DNA of 64,000 nucleotides from a virus: IMG/VR virus record IMGVR_UViG_3300020204_000007, positions 105,060 to 169,059 of that record; one strand, 5' to 3'. Shown piece by piece: positions 38,563 to 49,432 of this stretch (position 1 is its first letter; each line of letters starts with the position of its first letter). The notes under the pieces were generated by a model. It saw only the letters and a program-made list of their open reading frames with translations, ran no database searches and was not told where the DNA came from. The position numbers and the translations under genes were made by a program.

Positions 38563-41500
38563 TCATTTTTTACCTTGATTAAATTTAATGCTTTTTGGAT
38601 CTACTCTCTGGAAAAATGCCTCTGCAAAAGCGGCTCCTAATAAAGTCGCAGTTGCTTCATTAATTTGGCCTTGCTCAGTAGACATTTGTGGTTGTTGATT
38701 GGCTGCTCCAAGACTAAATACATCTTGTTGTAATTTTTTTTCTAATCCTGCTTCTTTTGCAACTTGTTGTTCATCTTTTGAAAGCTCCTTTCCTCTAATC
38801 ATTTTCTCTGCAACATCATATTGTATTGAACTTTTTAGTCCAAGACCTCTGACGACAGAACCAAACTGTGTATCTCGTGATAATTGTTCTAAAGTTTTAC
38901 CACCAGCTTTTTCATCTAAAAATTTTTTAAATGTAACCTTTGCAGAAACTCCTGATGCGCCACCCATTGCCACAGCAGCCTCATTTGCTTGCGCTTGAGC
39001 TTTTCGAATAGCTAATTTCTTTTCTGCCTCTGAAACTTTATTTTTATCTACTGCAGATTTTTTACCATAATCATCTTTTCCACCACTAAAAGTAGCAGAA
39101 TCATCAAACATAGTAGCATCAAAGCCTTGCATCATTGATGCTTCGCCTCTGATTTGTGTTTTTACTTGGTCTGGCAATTTATCATAATCAGACGGATACA
39201 TACCATATTTTGATTTAAAATCTTCTCTTGACATGCCAAGCATGCCAGAAATTCTATCACCTTTAATGTTTTTGACTAAATCTTTTGTAATTTGTTTAGC
39301 TTCACCTCTTTGCATAGTTGAAAGAAGATTATAGCCAATTGATCCTTTTTTTAATTTTCCGGTTTTAGCATATTGTTGAGCATTTTGCGCTAATTCAGAA
39401 AGTTGCGCAGTAGACATTTCATCTAACCCTTGAGTTAAAATCGCCGCACGTTCCCCTCTGATATTTGTACCGGATTCAATCGTATTCATCATATTAGCGC
39501 GAATATTTGACTTAACATATAAATTTTGTTTTGAAGCTGCATCAGCACCCGTTAAACTTCTATTCATACGTTCGTAATCAGCTAATTGACCGCCGCCAGT
39601 CATCTGCATCTTTTGTACTAGCCGTGCAACTCCTTCAACATCTGTTGTTCCCATTTCAGAAGCTTTTGAAGTAATATTTTGCATAAATGCAGAAGTTAGA
39701 TCACTATTATTCATACCAGAGGCAACTGCTCTGCTCATGACCTCTTCTAATTTTTTAACATTACCAGCTTCAGATACTCCACCAGATAATCTTCCAAGAA
39801 TACCTGCTTGGCCTAACAATTGTTCAGCACTGCCAAGCCCACTTTGGGACATGCCCTTTATTTGATTTAAAGCTCGAACTTCGTTTGCTGTTCCTGAAAT
39901 ACCTTTTGAGCCGGCGCCACCGATATTTCCAAATTGTGAAATAATTTTTATGCCTTCTTGGCTTGATGCTGCATATCCCATTCCATGCAAAACACCCTGC
40001 AAACCACCTTCTTCTGCTTGCATTTCTTTAATTTTATTTAATTTATTTGCCTCTTGTACATTTTTAAATTGTGCATCATCTGCAGCGTTTCGATAGACAA
40101 CATCTCCATTTGCAAGTTGGCCTAATCTGCCACTCTTGCTTGAAGTAGATGTGAAGGCTGTTATTGGAGAAGCAATTGCTTTTAATGCAGCTTTAGAACC
40201 TGCAAAAAATTGCCCTAGAAGTTGCGTTGCCGCGCCTTCGGGAGTCGTTGATCCCGTATAAGAATCAATCTCATCTTTTCCTTGATTTATTGCGCCCAGA
40301 AAATCTTCTTTCAATCTAGAAGAATACGCATTTTCTTCTTTTGCAAGCTGTGCGCTTTTTCGTACGGCATTTTGGACTTGCTTTCTTTCGTTTTCAGTTT
40401 GAATTGAAAGACCACTAGAAACTGCTTTATTAATATTTTGAGAAGTAATATCTAAAAATCTTCCTTGCTCTTGTGCAGCCATTCGTGGATTGATGGTTTC
40501 TTGATATTTTTGCAAAGTATAAATTGATATCTTATTTTTTTCTTTTTCGGCTTCTTCTAAGGCTGAAGTATTCGCTATGATTGTGCTGGTGTCAAACTGT
40601 GTTCTAGCTTGCATTCGCAAATCTTGATTAAAAGTTTGATTTCTTAATAAAGTCGGATTATTAGGTAAATTTCCTATTTCTCCCGCTATACCAGAAACAG
40701 CGCCTCCTAAAATACCTGCTTTTGTTCCTATGCCTGGTAATACTGAACCAGCCACACCGCCTTTAGTAGTTTCGTTGGCAATGTTTTTTAAAGAATTATA
40801 AAAAGCCTGATTTGTTTCAGCTCTATCTTGCTTTTTAGCTGCTTCTTTAGCAATAGGGTCAATTCTTCTAGCAAGGCTGTCTTGCCCAGCATAGCGCATG
40901 AACGAATGGCGTAACACTAAAGATTCTGCATCAAAATTGCCAAAATCTCGTATAAAACGGCCTTGTTGATAGCCTTGTAATTTAGCTATATTTGAATATG
41001 TAGAAATAGGAGCGGTTGATTCTTTTAAATTTGCAGCAAGATTATAACTTGCAACACCGCCTAAAACGTCTGCGACTATATTTCTTCTAAATGCACTGGC
41101 CCTTCGAGATTCTTCTCTTCCTTGCCTTGTCAACAGTGGTCCATCACCACCTCCGCCACCAGCATCGCCGCCTCCACCACCAGCACCACCTGCTCCACCA
41201 CCACCAGAAGCTTTCTGAAGAAATCTATCAATTCTATCTGATAATCGATCAATACTTTTAGTTAGCTTTTCACAACAATCGTCGGATCTTAAAGAAGATA
41301 CTGATTTTCTTGTAATTTCAGATTGTTGTTGTTTTAGATTTTCTAGATGAAAATTTGGTAATCTAGTTTGTAAATGTGCAACTGGAACTGAAGATGGAGG
41401 AGGGGCAGAAACTCGCCCTTCAAAATACGGGGAAGGATTAAATCGATGCAGTTTTCCTTCGATAAATGGAGTATTAACTCCTGATATTCTTTTTGAAATT

Positions 41501-41661
41501 GCCCCTTCCCAAGAAGGCGTTGCAGGTGTTCTAGATAAATTTATCATAGAAGCTTCTTGCAAACCTAAAACAGAATAATTTGCACCAAGCGCGTTTGCCG
41601 TTTGGCGAGTCTCTATTTTAGTATCTTCTATAGATTTTTTAGGGGGCCGTTTTTTGCTCAT
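38563..41661 (-). CDS. probable tape measure protein
   Basis: 1032 aa, A/G/Q/K-rich helical, follows chaperone-like genes. Confidence 0.7.
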   Translation of the reverse strand: MSKKRPPKKSIEDTKIETRQTANALGANYSVLGLQEASMINLSRTPATPSWEGAISKRISGVNTPFIEGKLHRFNPSPYFEGRVSAPPPSSVPVAHLQTRLPNFHLENLKQQQSEITRKSVSSLRSDDCCEKLTKSIDRLSDRIDRFLQKASGGGGAGGAGGGGGDAGGGGGDGPLLTRQGREESRRASAFRRNIVADVLGGVASYNLAANLKESTAPISTYSNIAKLQGYQQGRFIRDFGNFDAESLVLRHSFMRYAGQDSLARRIDPIAKEAAKKQDRAETNQAFYNSLKNIANETTKGGVAGSVLPGIGTKAGILGGAVSGIAGEIGNLPNNPTLLRNQTFNQDLRMQARTQFDTSTIIANTSALEEAEKEKNKISIYTLQKYQETINPRMAAQEQGRFLDITSQNINKAVSSGLSIQTENERKQVQNAVRKSAQLAKEENAYSSRLKEDFLGAINQGKDEIDSYTGSTTPEGAATQLLGQFFAGSKAALKAIASPITAFTSTSSKSGRLGQLANGDVVYRNAADDAQFKNVQEANKLNKIKEMQAEEGGLQGVLHGMGYAASSQEGIKIISQFGNIGGAGSKGISGTANEVRALNQIKGMSQSGLGSAEQLLGQAGILGRLSGGVSEAGNVKKLEEVMSRAVASGMNNSDLTSAFMQNITSKASEMGTTDVEGVARLVQKMQMTGGGQLADYERMNRSLTGADAASKQNLYVKSNIRANMMNTIESGTNIRGERAAILTQGLDEMSTAQLSELAQNAQQYAKTGKLKKGSIGYNLLSTMQRGEAKQITKDLVKNIKGDRISGMLGMSREDFKSKYGMYPSDYDKLPDQVKTQIRGEASMMQGFDATMFDDSATFSGGKDDYGKKSAVDKNKVSEAEKKLAIRKAQAQANEAAVAMGGASGVSAKVTFKKFLDEKAGGKTLEQLSRDTQFGSVVRGLGLKSSIQYDVAEKMIRGKELSKDEQQVAKEAGLEKKLQQDVFSLGAANQQPQMSTEQGQINEATATLLGAAFAEAFFQRVDPKSIKFNQGKK

Positions 41662-41672
41662 TTAACAGAACT

Positions 41673-42393
41673 TCATTTATTTAATGATTCCATATGCTCT
41701 TTTTGAGCTGCCTCTAAACCTTCTCTTACCGCTACAATCGGGCTTAAATCAACTAGATCCCAAACTGTATTGCTAGTAAACCATTCTGGACTTTGTTCGC
41801 TTAAAACAACCAATTCGCAAACAGCTTTAGTCATTTGTTCAGTATCAAAGTCTGAATCGTTTCCTAAATTCTTCTTACTAAATTCTACCGCAATATTTTG
41901 TCGATCTTTTAATGAAGGAAATAGTTTAAGAACAAACTTACCTTCAAAAATTTTGCCCGAAAGTTCACCTTTTGCGCTTACATCAAAAATTGCTTTTCCA
42001 TTTACAAGAGCCATATATTTCTCCTTATTTTATATCGTCTAATGACCAATTTACATCATTTTCAAATATTTTGTCCATAGCTGCATTTTCATCAGGAGAA
42101 AACTCTTTTGCCATCATTTCTATTAACTCTTTCGCAGAATCTCTAACAACTGCTGCAGAATCTTTTTGGGTTTCTACGGAAGATAAAAAGTAATACTCAA
42201 AAAATAAATCTTCTACTGTATATTCTTCAAAAACAGCAGATTTACTGGGAATTTTGTAATAATCAGCGAGCCAAAATTTAACAAATTTAATAGAGTCTTC
42301 AAAAGATTTGAGTTCTCTATTTTTCAAATTAATTGCAGATTGTTTGATTTTATCAATATTATCATCAATGATAAAATCACTGCCATACATCAT
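41673..42393 (-). other. two probable tail assembly chaperones (42025-42393, 41673-42014)
   Basis: Small acidic ORFs immediately upstream of the tape measure gene. Confidence 0.5.
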
Positions 42394-43409
42394 AAAAATG
42401 AGCCCGTAGAGTTTCTGACAAATGAACCGGCAACAGAAGGAAATCTATTAAGAGTATTACATGTTTTTCCTACTTTTGAAACAATAGATGTAATACTTGT
42501 ACTAGTTACTTCTTTTAAATCTCCGCTAAATCTGTTGACACTCTTCGCTTTTGAGCTCATTTTTTGTACATCTTTTAATTCCCAACACTTTAAAATAATT
42601 GTATAGTTTATTAAATACGGCGCATTTGCATTTTGTTGAAATTGAACTGATCTAGGAACACATCTGTAATGAGTTCTTGATTTGTGATCTACAAAATATA
42701 AACTTAAATTTTCATTAGCTTGACGCTCTCTTTGAAATATTAAAAAGAATTGTCTTAATGCTTGTGACCATGCCCATCCATTAGAAAATTCATTTTTGGG
42801 AATATTTTGTTTAAAGTTTTCTTTAAATTGTTCAAGAAAAGATGTAGTGCTGTTATCTGCTGGAGAAAATAATTTTGAAATTTCAGCTTCTGATGTCGGA
42901 GTGTTTACGGCGCTAGGCCCTTCTTGGTATTGAAGGGAATCTTCGGTTTCTGGCAAAATAATATCTGCTATTGCGCCTTGAATTAAAGCACCAGATGTTA
43001 TCTTTCTTACTATTTTAGCTAATTGAGATCCGTTAACTTCGTCTATGTATTTTCTTCCCTTTGTTAAAAGATCTGCACTTACACCATCGCCGAGATTAGG
43101 GCTGTTCAACGCCATGCCTGTCGTGCCAACTAAAGTGATCATAGAAAAAACAGGAGCGTTAACTTCTTCTACAACTCCGCCAATAGTAGCGTGAGCTTCT
43201 GCAGTAGACATATCTTGAATAGTGTAATTTTGTGGTGGAATGGGAAGAAAGAATTTACACTTTAGATTACTTTTTTCTCCCTCTCTAATTTCAAATAAAA
43301 ATGGGAAGGTTTCATACCATGTGGATGGATTTATGTTATAAAACAAACTCGGTTGCCACTTACCGTTTGTATTAGTGTTTATTATTTTTGGTAAATTTAT
43401 ATCAACCAT
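42390..43409 (-). CDS. probable baseplate/tail-tube initiator protein
   Basis: Synteny; LPIPPQNYTI..TIGGVVEE..ITLxGTTG. Confidence 0.5.
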   Translation of the reverse strand: MVDINLPKIINTNTNGKWQPSLFYNINPSTWYETFPFLFEIREGEKSNLKCKFFLPIPPQNYTIQDMSTAEAHATIGGVVEEVNAPVFSMITLVGTTGMALNSPNLGDGVSADLLTKGRKYIDEVNGSQLAKIVRKITSGALIQGAIADIILPETEDSLQYQEGPSAVNTPTSEAEISKLFSPADNSTTSFLEQFKENFKQNIPKNEFSNGWAWSQALRQFFLIFQRERQANENLSLYFVDHKSRTHYRCVPRSVQFQQNANAPYLINYTIILKCWELKDVQKMSSKAKSVNRFSGDLKEVTSTSITSIVSKVGKTCNTLNRFPSVAGSFVRNSTGSFL

Positions 43410-43417
43410 TTTAAACC

Positions 43418-44047
43418 TTAAGAAAAAGAATCTTTAATTGATGAAATTTTTTTCACTAAAGAATTTTGAGAAATTTTTTTCTTTAATTTTTCTGCTTCTG
43501 TTAAAGCTTCGGGAGAAAAATCTTGTTTAACATTTTCTCGCCAATAATAACCAATAAATGTTGCACCTTCTACCGAAAGCTGTCCGGATTGAATATCACA
43601 TTGCATGTCTGTAAACATGCCTTTTGCGTAAAATTGTAAATTTCCTAATCGATCACGGATTTCAATTGATGCATATGGTTGATGTAAGTAAGCTTGCATA
43701 GTTGTGTATAAACCATCACCACCAAGAGTACGATTGGGAGAAACAATTCGTTTTAGATTAGCCTTGATTGACATTTGTCCAGGCACAATTTCCCAAGGTA
43801 AAAATTGGTCGATTGTTCGAATTTCTGTAAAATTAGCGGAAACTGAATAACTAACTTGTAAAGCTGCTCCGATTGTTTTTCCATTTACTAATAATTTGGC
43901 TCTCGCTCCTGATGAATATTCTGGAAATACTGGTGATTTACGACCGCTGTTTAATGCATCATATTCTTGCGCAGTTCTTTCTTTGGCAATATATAAATCA
44001 CCCAGAACGGTGTTTTGCGCAGTTTTCCATTTTTCATCTATCGCCAT
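43418..44047 (-). CDS. tail tube-like protein (paralogue 3)
   Basis: SGARAKLLVNGKTIGAA..SYS. Confidence 0.6.
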   Translation of the reverse strand: MAIDEKWKTAQNTVLGDLYIAKERTAQEYDALNSGRKSPVFPEYSSGARAKLLVNGKTIGAALQVSYSVSANFTEIRTIDQFLPWEIVPGQMSIKANLKRIVSPNRTLGGDGLYTTMQAYLHQPYASIEIRDRLGNLQFYAKGMFTDMQCDIQSGQLSVEGATFIGYYWRENVKQDFSPEALTEAEKLKKKISQNSLVKKISSIKDSFS

Positions 44048-44102
44048 TGCTGTATAGTCTCCCTAATAATAAAATCGTAACATAAATATGTGAGGGAAAA
44101 AC

Positions 44103-44810
44103 ATGAATTCTCTGCATTTTCACAATGTATATTTTACTCTTTTAGCAAAACTTTTAGTGAGTCCTGACTATGTCTCAGCACCTCGTGGACAAAAAATCCA
44201 TGAGAAAATCGGTGCTCAGTTTGTAATAGACCCTATTGATGGCACTAGATTAGACTGGACTAAAACAGGATTGCCAGAACGACAACCTATTTATGATAAT
44301 TATTGCAAAAAAGAGCTTGATTGGTATTTAAGTGGTAATTTACGAGCCGATAGCGCACCGGCTAAATTTTGGTTGACATTAGCCGACGACACTGGTTTAA
44401 TTACTAGTAATTATGGATATTTAACACTATATGATGCAAAATACAAACTCGCAGACGGCAGTTTTATTACTGGCTTTGAATATATAATTAAAACTTTAAA
44501 AGAAGATTCAGATAGTCGTCGAGCAATATTACATTATGGTGAATCTAAAAACTTTTGGGAAGGAAATAAAGACACGCCGTGTTGCGCTAATAATCAGTTT
44601 TTTATCAGAAATAAAGAACTGATTTGTGTTGTTAATTTTAGAAGCTGGGATATTTTCTTAGGGGTACCATATGATATTGAGTTTATTGCCCATTTACAAA
44701 AAAATATTGCAGATAGATTAAATGTAAAAACCGGCAAAATTATTTGTAATGCCGGTAGTTTACATTTATATGAGCGAGACTTTAATAAAGCGGAAAAAGC
44801 TTTAACTTAA
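44103..44810 (+). CDS. thymidylate synthase homologue, probable dCMP hydroxymethylase/methylase
   Basis: DSRRA, TPC, RSWDIFLGVPYD, SLHLYE; Asp at the E. coli Asn177 position. Confidence 0.8.
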   Translation: MNSLHFHNVYFTLLAKLLVSPDYVSAPRGQKIHEKIGAQFVIDPIDGTRLDWTKTGLPERQPIYDNYCKKELDWYLSGNLRADSAPAKFWLTLADDTGLITSNYGYLTLYDAKYKLADGSFITGFEYIIKTLKEDSDSRRAILHYGESKNFWEGNKDTPCCANNQFFIRNKELICVVNFRSWDIFLGVPYDIEFIAHLQKNIADRLNVKTGKIICNAGSLHLYERDFNKAEKALT

Positions 44811-44813
44811 AAA

Positions 44814-45512
44814 TCATAAGTCGTTTACAGAAATACCCTTTTCTTCAATAGGAGCAGCAGTCGCTCCTTCTGTTGAATATCTTACGGCCAAAAGTCCTTG
44901 AAATTCAACTGATTCTGTAAGAAGAGCGCCTGGTGTAAGACTAGCACTAGCGCCAGATAAACGGCAATCTTTTAATACCATAAACGTAGTCAATGCACCT
45001 TCTGTCCAATTACCTTGTTCGTTTTTAGCGGCAGGAGTTTTCATTTTTACGGTAATGTCAAAAGATTTAGATAAAAGAATAGTGCGAGGGTCTAGATGTT
45101 TAGCTAATTCATCGCTACCAGTCAAAGCTCCTGCGCCTAAATCAGTTGCTAATTTACCATTTTTAATATCTGAATCATTTTTAATTCCAGAAGGTGTATT
45201 TGCAGATAACGTGTCGCCTTCTGTTCTTACTAATGGATATTTTTCTGGGTCAGCTTTAGCTGTAGCTAACAAAGCTCCGCGGGTTGTATCAGTCATTAAA
45301 CGAATAACTTGAAATGAGCCCGTGACTGGCATCATTGCAAGAGGCTCAATTGCTTCGACTTCGTATTGACCAAGAACTCTTACTTCTTGTAAATTGACGC
45401 TAACATTTACGCTTAATCCAACTGCATAAGCAATTGTTTTTGCTCCTGAACCAGTGTCAATATCTATTTTACAGAGTGGCGCAGATGCAAATAATGGTAA
45501 TTTACCAGCCAT
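44814..45512 (-). CDS. tail tube-like protein (paralogue 2)
   Basis: MAGKLP..IAYA..SKSFDI..LKDCR..PGxLLxE..F. Confidence 0.65.
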   Translation of the reverse strand: MAGKLPLFASAPLCKIDIDTGSGAKTIAYAVGLSVNVSVNLQEVRVLGQYEVEAIEPLAMMPVTGSFQVIRLMTDTTRGALLATAKADPEKYPLVRTEGDTLSANTPSGIKNDSDIKNGKLATDLGAGALTGSDELAKHLDPRTILLSKSFDITVKMKTPAAKNEQGNWTEGALTTFMVLKDCRLSGASASLTPGALLTESVEFQGLLAVRYSTEGATAAPIEEKGISVNDL

Positions 45513-45529
45513 TTTCTTAAATCCTTATT

Positions 45530-46081
45530 TTAAATTAAGCCCGATAGACCTTCATCTGCAACTTTATCTTCAATTCTTCTGCATTGGAAAGAAATATTTT
45601 CAATTAGAAGTTCGCCTGGGACAAAGTTAAAGTTATAATTTGCAATCCTACAGTCTCTTAAAACAAAAAGAAGCTTACCTTCTAGCCTTTCCGCCACTGC
45701 TGTTTTAGGATCTTTTTCATATACTTCAATGTCAAAGGTAGAAGAAAGCAATAATTGAGCTGGATTCATTGCTTTTGTATCAACAACTGAGTTACCAGCG
45801 AGGCCATTTCTTTTTTCCGTTTTTTCCATTGCGTCTGGTCTAGTATTTTTATCTAATCTTTTATCAAGCATTTCGTCTGTCCAACGGGTAATTTGCACAG
45901 AGCCGCTAGCTGCAAATCCAGTTGGTTCTAAGGCAAGAACATCGTAAGCGCCAATTCCCATAACCGCAGTATGAGAAACGTTACGCTGAAAACTTAAACT
46001 TTGAGCAAATGCTACGCGAATTTCACCAATGCGTATGATTAAATTTGCGCCAGATAAAAATGTTGGTAATTGACCAGCCAT
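45530..46081 (-). CDS. tail tube-like protein (paralogue 1)
   Basis: MAGQLP..VAFA..SSTFDI..LRDCR..PGxLLxE..F. Confidence 0.65.
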   Translation of the reverse strand: MAGQLPTFLSGANLIIRIGEIRVAFAQSLSFQRNVSHTAVMGIGAYDVLALEPTGFAASGSVQITRWTDEMLDKRLDKNTRPDAMEKTEKRNGLAGNSVVDTKAMNPAQLLLSSTFDIEVYEKDPKTAVAERLEGKLLFVLRDCRIANYNFNFVPGELLIENISFQCRRIEDKVADEGLSGLI

Positions 46082-46130
46082 GACAGCTCCTAATAAGTTC
46101 TAATACATTATAGTACAGATATTTAGTACG

Positions 46131-47335
46131 TTATTGAATTGTATAACAACCAGATAATCCAACTATGCCTTTTGTGCCTGATGCAGTAAATGCAGTGCTG
46201 TTTACGTCTTTATAAAAAGTTAAAACGCCATCGCTACTAATAACTAATTTACCATGCGTTAGCGTTCCATTATCTTTCACAATATGATTGATTGTTTTAG
46301 TAACAGAAGGTGTCAGCCACGCAGGGAGGCCAGTTATTGTCATTGTCGTTGCATTGCTAGTTGCTTCTAAAAAAGACCCTGCAGAAAATACAACTAAATC
46401 TCCAACTCTCACGTATCTGAATGTTGCAGAAGGACTTGTTGCACAGCCAGTCAAAATTCCTGTGAATGAACCTTCTACAAAAAAAGATAAAGCTGTATTT
46501 TGAGCATTATGTACAAAAGAGGTGTTATTGAATTTTATTTCTTTAGGAAGTAACGTTCCTGTGCTGGTTAAATTTCCAGTTAATGTTGCAGTGCCTGTAA
46601 CGTTTATTCCCGATCCGGCTGTAATTGTGCTTGATGCAGAAATATTAGCGGCAGAAATTGCAGTTGCGTCTAAAGATGCAAAATAACCATTTGCCCAACG
46701 ATATGAAGAACTTCCTAGATTGTATGTCGTAGTAGTTTGGGGAACAATAGAAGAATTAATACTACCATTTATTGCAACAGTGCTACTAAATGTTGTAACT
46801 CCTGAGACATTTAAAGTGCTCAGGTTCATTATTCCTGTGGTATTTAATGTATTAGATAAAGTAGTAATACCGGTTACGTTTAATGTACCGCCAATTGATA
46901 AGTTACCACCGATAGAACCATTTTTTAATAATGGAACGGTAAATCCTTGTGGTAAATCAATTGCAACACCAGGCTCTTTAACTATACCAACTGGTGCGTT
47001 AACAGGATCTGTTTTTGTAGCTCCGTATAAATTAGCCATTACAAAACATCTCCAGTGCCAAATAAACTGCCTGTGCCATAAATATCAGTGGCTTCGGTAA
47101 AAATTGAACCAATAATATTATAGTCTGCATTTATTTGAAGATTATTGCATAAATGGACTTGATTAGCAGCAAGAATAAACGGAGAGTCTGATGGATTCAA
47201 AATATCAACAATATAATAAACACCAGAATTAGTATAATTAATAAATAAAGAACCAGTATTCGGATCAAATGATACCGGATTGGTAATGATCGCAGAATAT
47301 CTCAGTGATTGAACACTGGCTCTTTGTAAAATCAT
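46131..47335 (-). other. tail-fibre-like protein 46131-47039 and small ORF 47039-47335
   Basis: T/S/G-rich beta repeats; C-terminal YVRVGDLV..GLP domain. Confidence 0.55.
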
Positions 47336-47339
47336 TCAA

Positions 47340-48329
47340 TTAGTTCCATTGCGTCATGCCTTCTCGTTCATATAATACTTCATGAACAGATTGTTGCAGA
47401 GAAATTTCTTCTAATTCATGTCGGATGATTGCTTCAATTACATGGTCAGGTGTCATGCCTTTACCACGAAATGCATCTTTTTGTGATTCAGTCATTTTCA
47501 GTTGGCCAACACCTTCTACTAATTCGAACACTTCTTCGTCCGTTGGGGGAAGAACTTTGATTAATTTATTAAATCTTCCAGGACGATTTGTAAGTTGTGG
47601 CCCAAGCTGTTTTGCAAAATTTGTAGTGCATAGAATCATTGTTGGGACACGAAACAACCCAGCAACACCATCAAGAAAATTTAAACACGATGGATTAAAT
47701 ACAGTTGAATTTTGTACTGAATCTTTTTTACCAAAATCTTCAATAACAAGAATAATTCGTTTAACATCTTCAGCATATGGTTTAAGAAAAATATGCGTGA
47801 GCATATTAAAATTAATATCACCATCAACAGAAACTACTGCAGTGCCTTCTGTTTGAAGAGCAAATTCAGAGAAATTACGAATCAATGCAGATTTTCCCAT
47901 TCCAGGCTCTGAATATAAAAGATATGCACGTTTAGATTTTTTAAACTTATCTTCAAGAATTGCGCTTTTTTCAAAAAAATTTGCAAAAAGTTTTTTGAGA
48001 TATTTACTTGTATTAGTTTCAAAAAATTTTTCTTGAGATTTTGGAAGAGCTAGCATTCCGTGTTCAGAATGAAGATAATGCGAACCACATCGGATTTGAT
48101 GTTTTTCTTTAAACTCTTCCAAAGCTTCTTCTTTTTTACGTTTTGCTTCTTCTAATTTTTGTTTTTCTTTATCATTTTCCGAATCAATTGTTTCTTCTGT
48201 TAAGAGCTTAGATTCAATTTTATATGTAATAATTTTATTATCTTGAATAATGAAATTTTCTGAAATATCAATTTCCATAGTCGGAGTAATATCTGCAATT
48301 TCTTTAATTACTAATTTTTGAAGTTTCAT
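47340..48329 (-). CDS. AAA+ ATPase (BCS1-like core)
   Basis: YLLYSEPGMGKS, IED, TTN, RPGRF. Confidence 0.8.
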   Translation of the reverse strand: MKLQKLVIKEIADITPTMEIDISENFIIQDNKIITYKIESKLLTEETIDSENDKEKQKLEEAKRKKEEALEEFKEKHQIRCGSHYLHSEHGMLALPKSQEKFFETNTSKYLKKLFANFFEKSAILEDKFKKSKRAYLLYSEPGMGKSALIRNFSEFALQTEGTAVVSVDGDINFNMLTHIFLKPYAEDVKRIILVIEDFGKKDSVQNSTVFNPSCLNFLDGVAGLFRVPTMILCTTNFAKQLGPQLTNRPGRFNKLIKVLPPTDEEVFELVEGVGQLKMTESQKDAFRGKGMTPDHVIEAIIRHELEEISLQQSVHEVLYEREGMTQWN

Positions 48330-48341
48330 AATTCATCCAAT

Positions 48342-48719
48342 TTATTTTTTGTTTTTTGAATTTTCTTCATCTTGCAATTCTTGTTCTTTTTGTTCTAATT
48401 TATATTTTTGAAATTCTTCAATTACATTGATTGAAGCGGAGGGGGCTGGTGTATCGATTTTAATAAAAGATTCTTCAAATAATACAAGCTGTTCTTGTTT
48501 TTCTTTTAAAAACTGTTCTTGACTATTTAAAATATTTAAATAAATATCATCCCAACGTTCTCTTGGAAGACATTTTTTTATGCGCTCCGCGGCTTCTGGA
48601 TTTTTTATATGTATTTCTTGATGTAATTCATCAGAAACTACTGCAAACCCATTTTGATCTAAAATATGAAAGCCTTCTGGTGACCAAAGGGGCTCGCCTT
48701 TTTTGATAATAATTTTCAT
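48342..48719 (-). CDS. hypothetical protein
   Basis: AGGAGG RBS. Confidence 0.6.
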   Translation of the reverse strand: MKIIIKKGEPLWSPEGFHILDQNGFAVVSDELHQEIHIKNPEAAERIKKCLPRERWDDIYLNILNSQEQFLKEKQEQLVLFEESFIKIDTPAPSASINVIEEFQKYKLEQKEQELQDEENSKNKK

Positions 48720-48727
48720 GACTCCTC

Positions 48728-49432
48728 CTATATTTTAATAATGTAATTTACGTTTGCGTTTAATGGGCGCGTTTCGGTGTCGCCAGCATTAACAGTTATC
48801 CCGTGATTATGGCTAGCTGACATACCACCAGTTGTAGTGTAGTGAGAGTGGTTCTCACTAATCCAGCCCGTGCCACCGCCATGGGAATGGTTTGGGGCTG
48901 TTTGAACAGTTGTCCATGAATCGTCAATTGGTACGACACCACCGGCATTATACATGCTATTCCAGTTATAATCATTTGCGCGGGGTAATGTGTTATAACC
49001 ATCACCACTAATTCCGTGATAATGGTTAGCACTAACGCCTCCAGATTGGCCTCCATGCGAATGGTCTGCGCTTTGATTACCAGAAGAAGCAGAAAGCCCA
49101 TTCTTAGCAGTAGCATTTCCTTGCACAGAGCCAACAGCATCTCCAGTATTACCACCCGCATTAGATGCTGCTCTGGTTGTTCTATCTGGATCTCGAGCTA
49201 TACCTGCGTCACGACCTCTAATAAATCGACCGCGTAAATCTGGTAAATGGAAAGTGGTAGAACCATCACCATTCCCCCATGCGGTGCTTAAAGCCGAAAA
49301 TAAATTAGGATAAACTGTTCTGCTTATTGCAGAACCATCGCAAACAAGCCAACCGGCTGGAGCAGTAGCACCGCCATACGGCAAAATAGTTCCAGGTGGT
49401 ACGAAGTTAAATAATGTCATTTGATAAACCAA
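48728..49432 (-). CDS. tail collar domain fibre protein
   Basis: GWLVCDGSAISRTxYxxLF..LPDLRGRFIRG; HSH repeats; ETRPxNxxVNYIIK. Confidence 0.85.
   Translation of the reverse strand: MVYQMTLFNFVPPGTILPYGGATAPAGWLVCDGSAISRTVYPNLFSALSTAWGNGDGSTTFHLPDLRGRFIRGRDAGIARDPDRTTRAASNAGGNTGDAVGSVQGNATAKNGLSASSGNQSADHSHGGQSGGVSANHYHGISGDGYNTLPRANDYNWNSMYNAGGVVPIDDSWTTVQTAPNHSHGGGTGWISENHSHYTTTGGMSASHNHGITVNAGDTETRPLNANVNYIIKI

Noticed and set aside
41673-42393. G/GT-type tail chaperone frameshift
   Set aside because: Two separate ORFs with a stop and an AAGGAG RBS between them; no convincing slippery site
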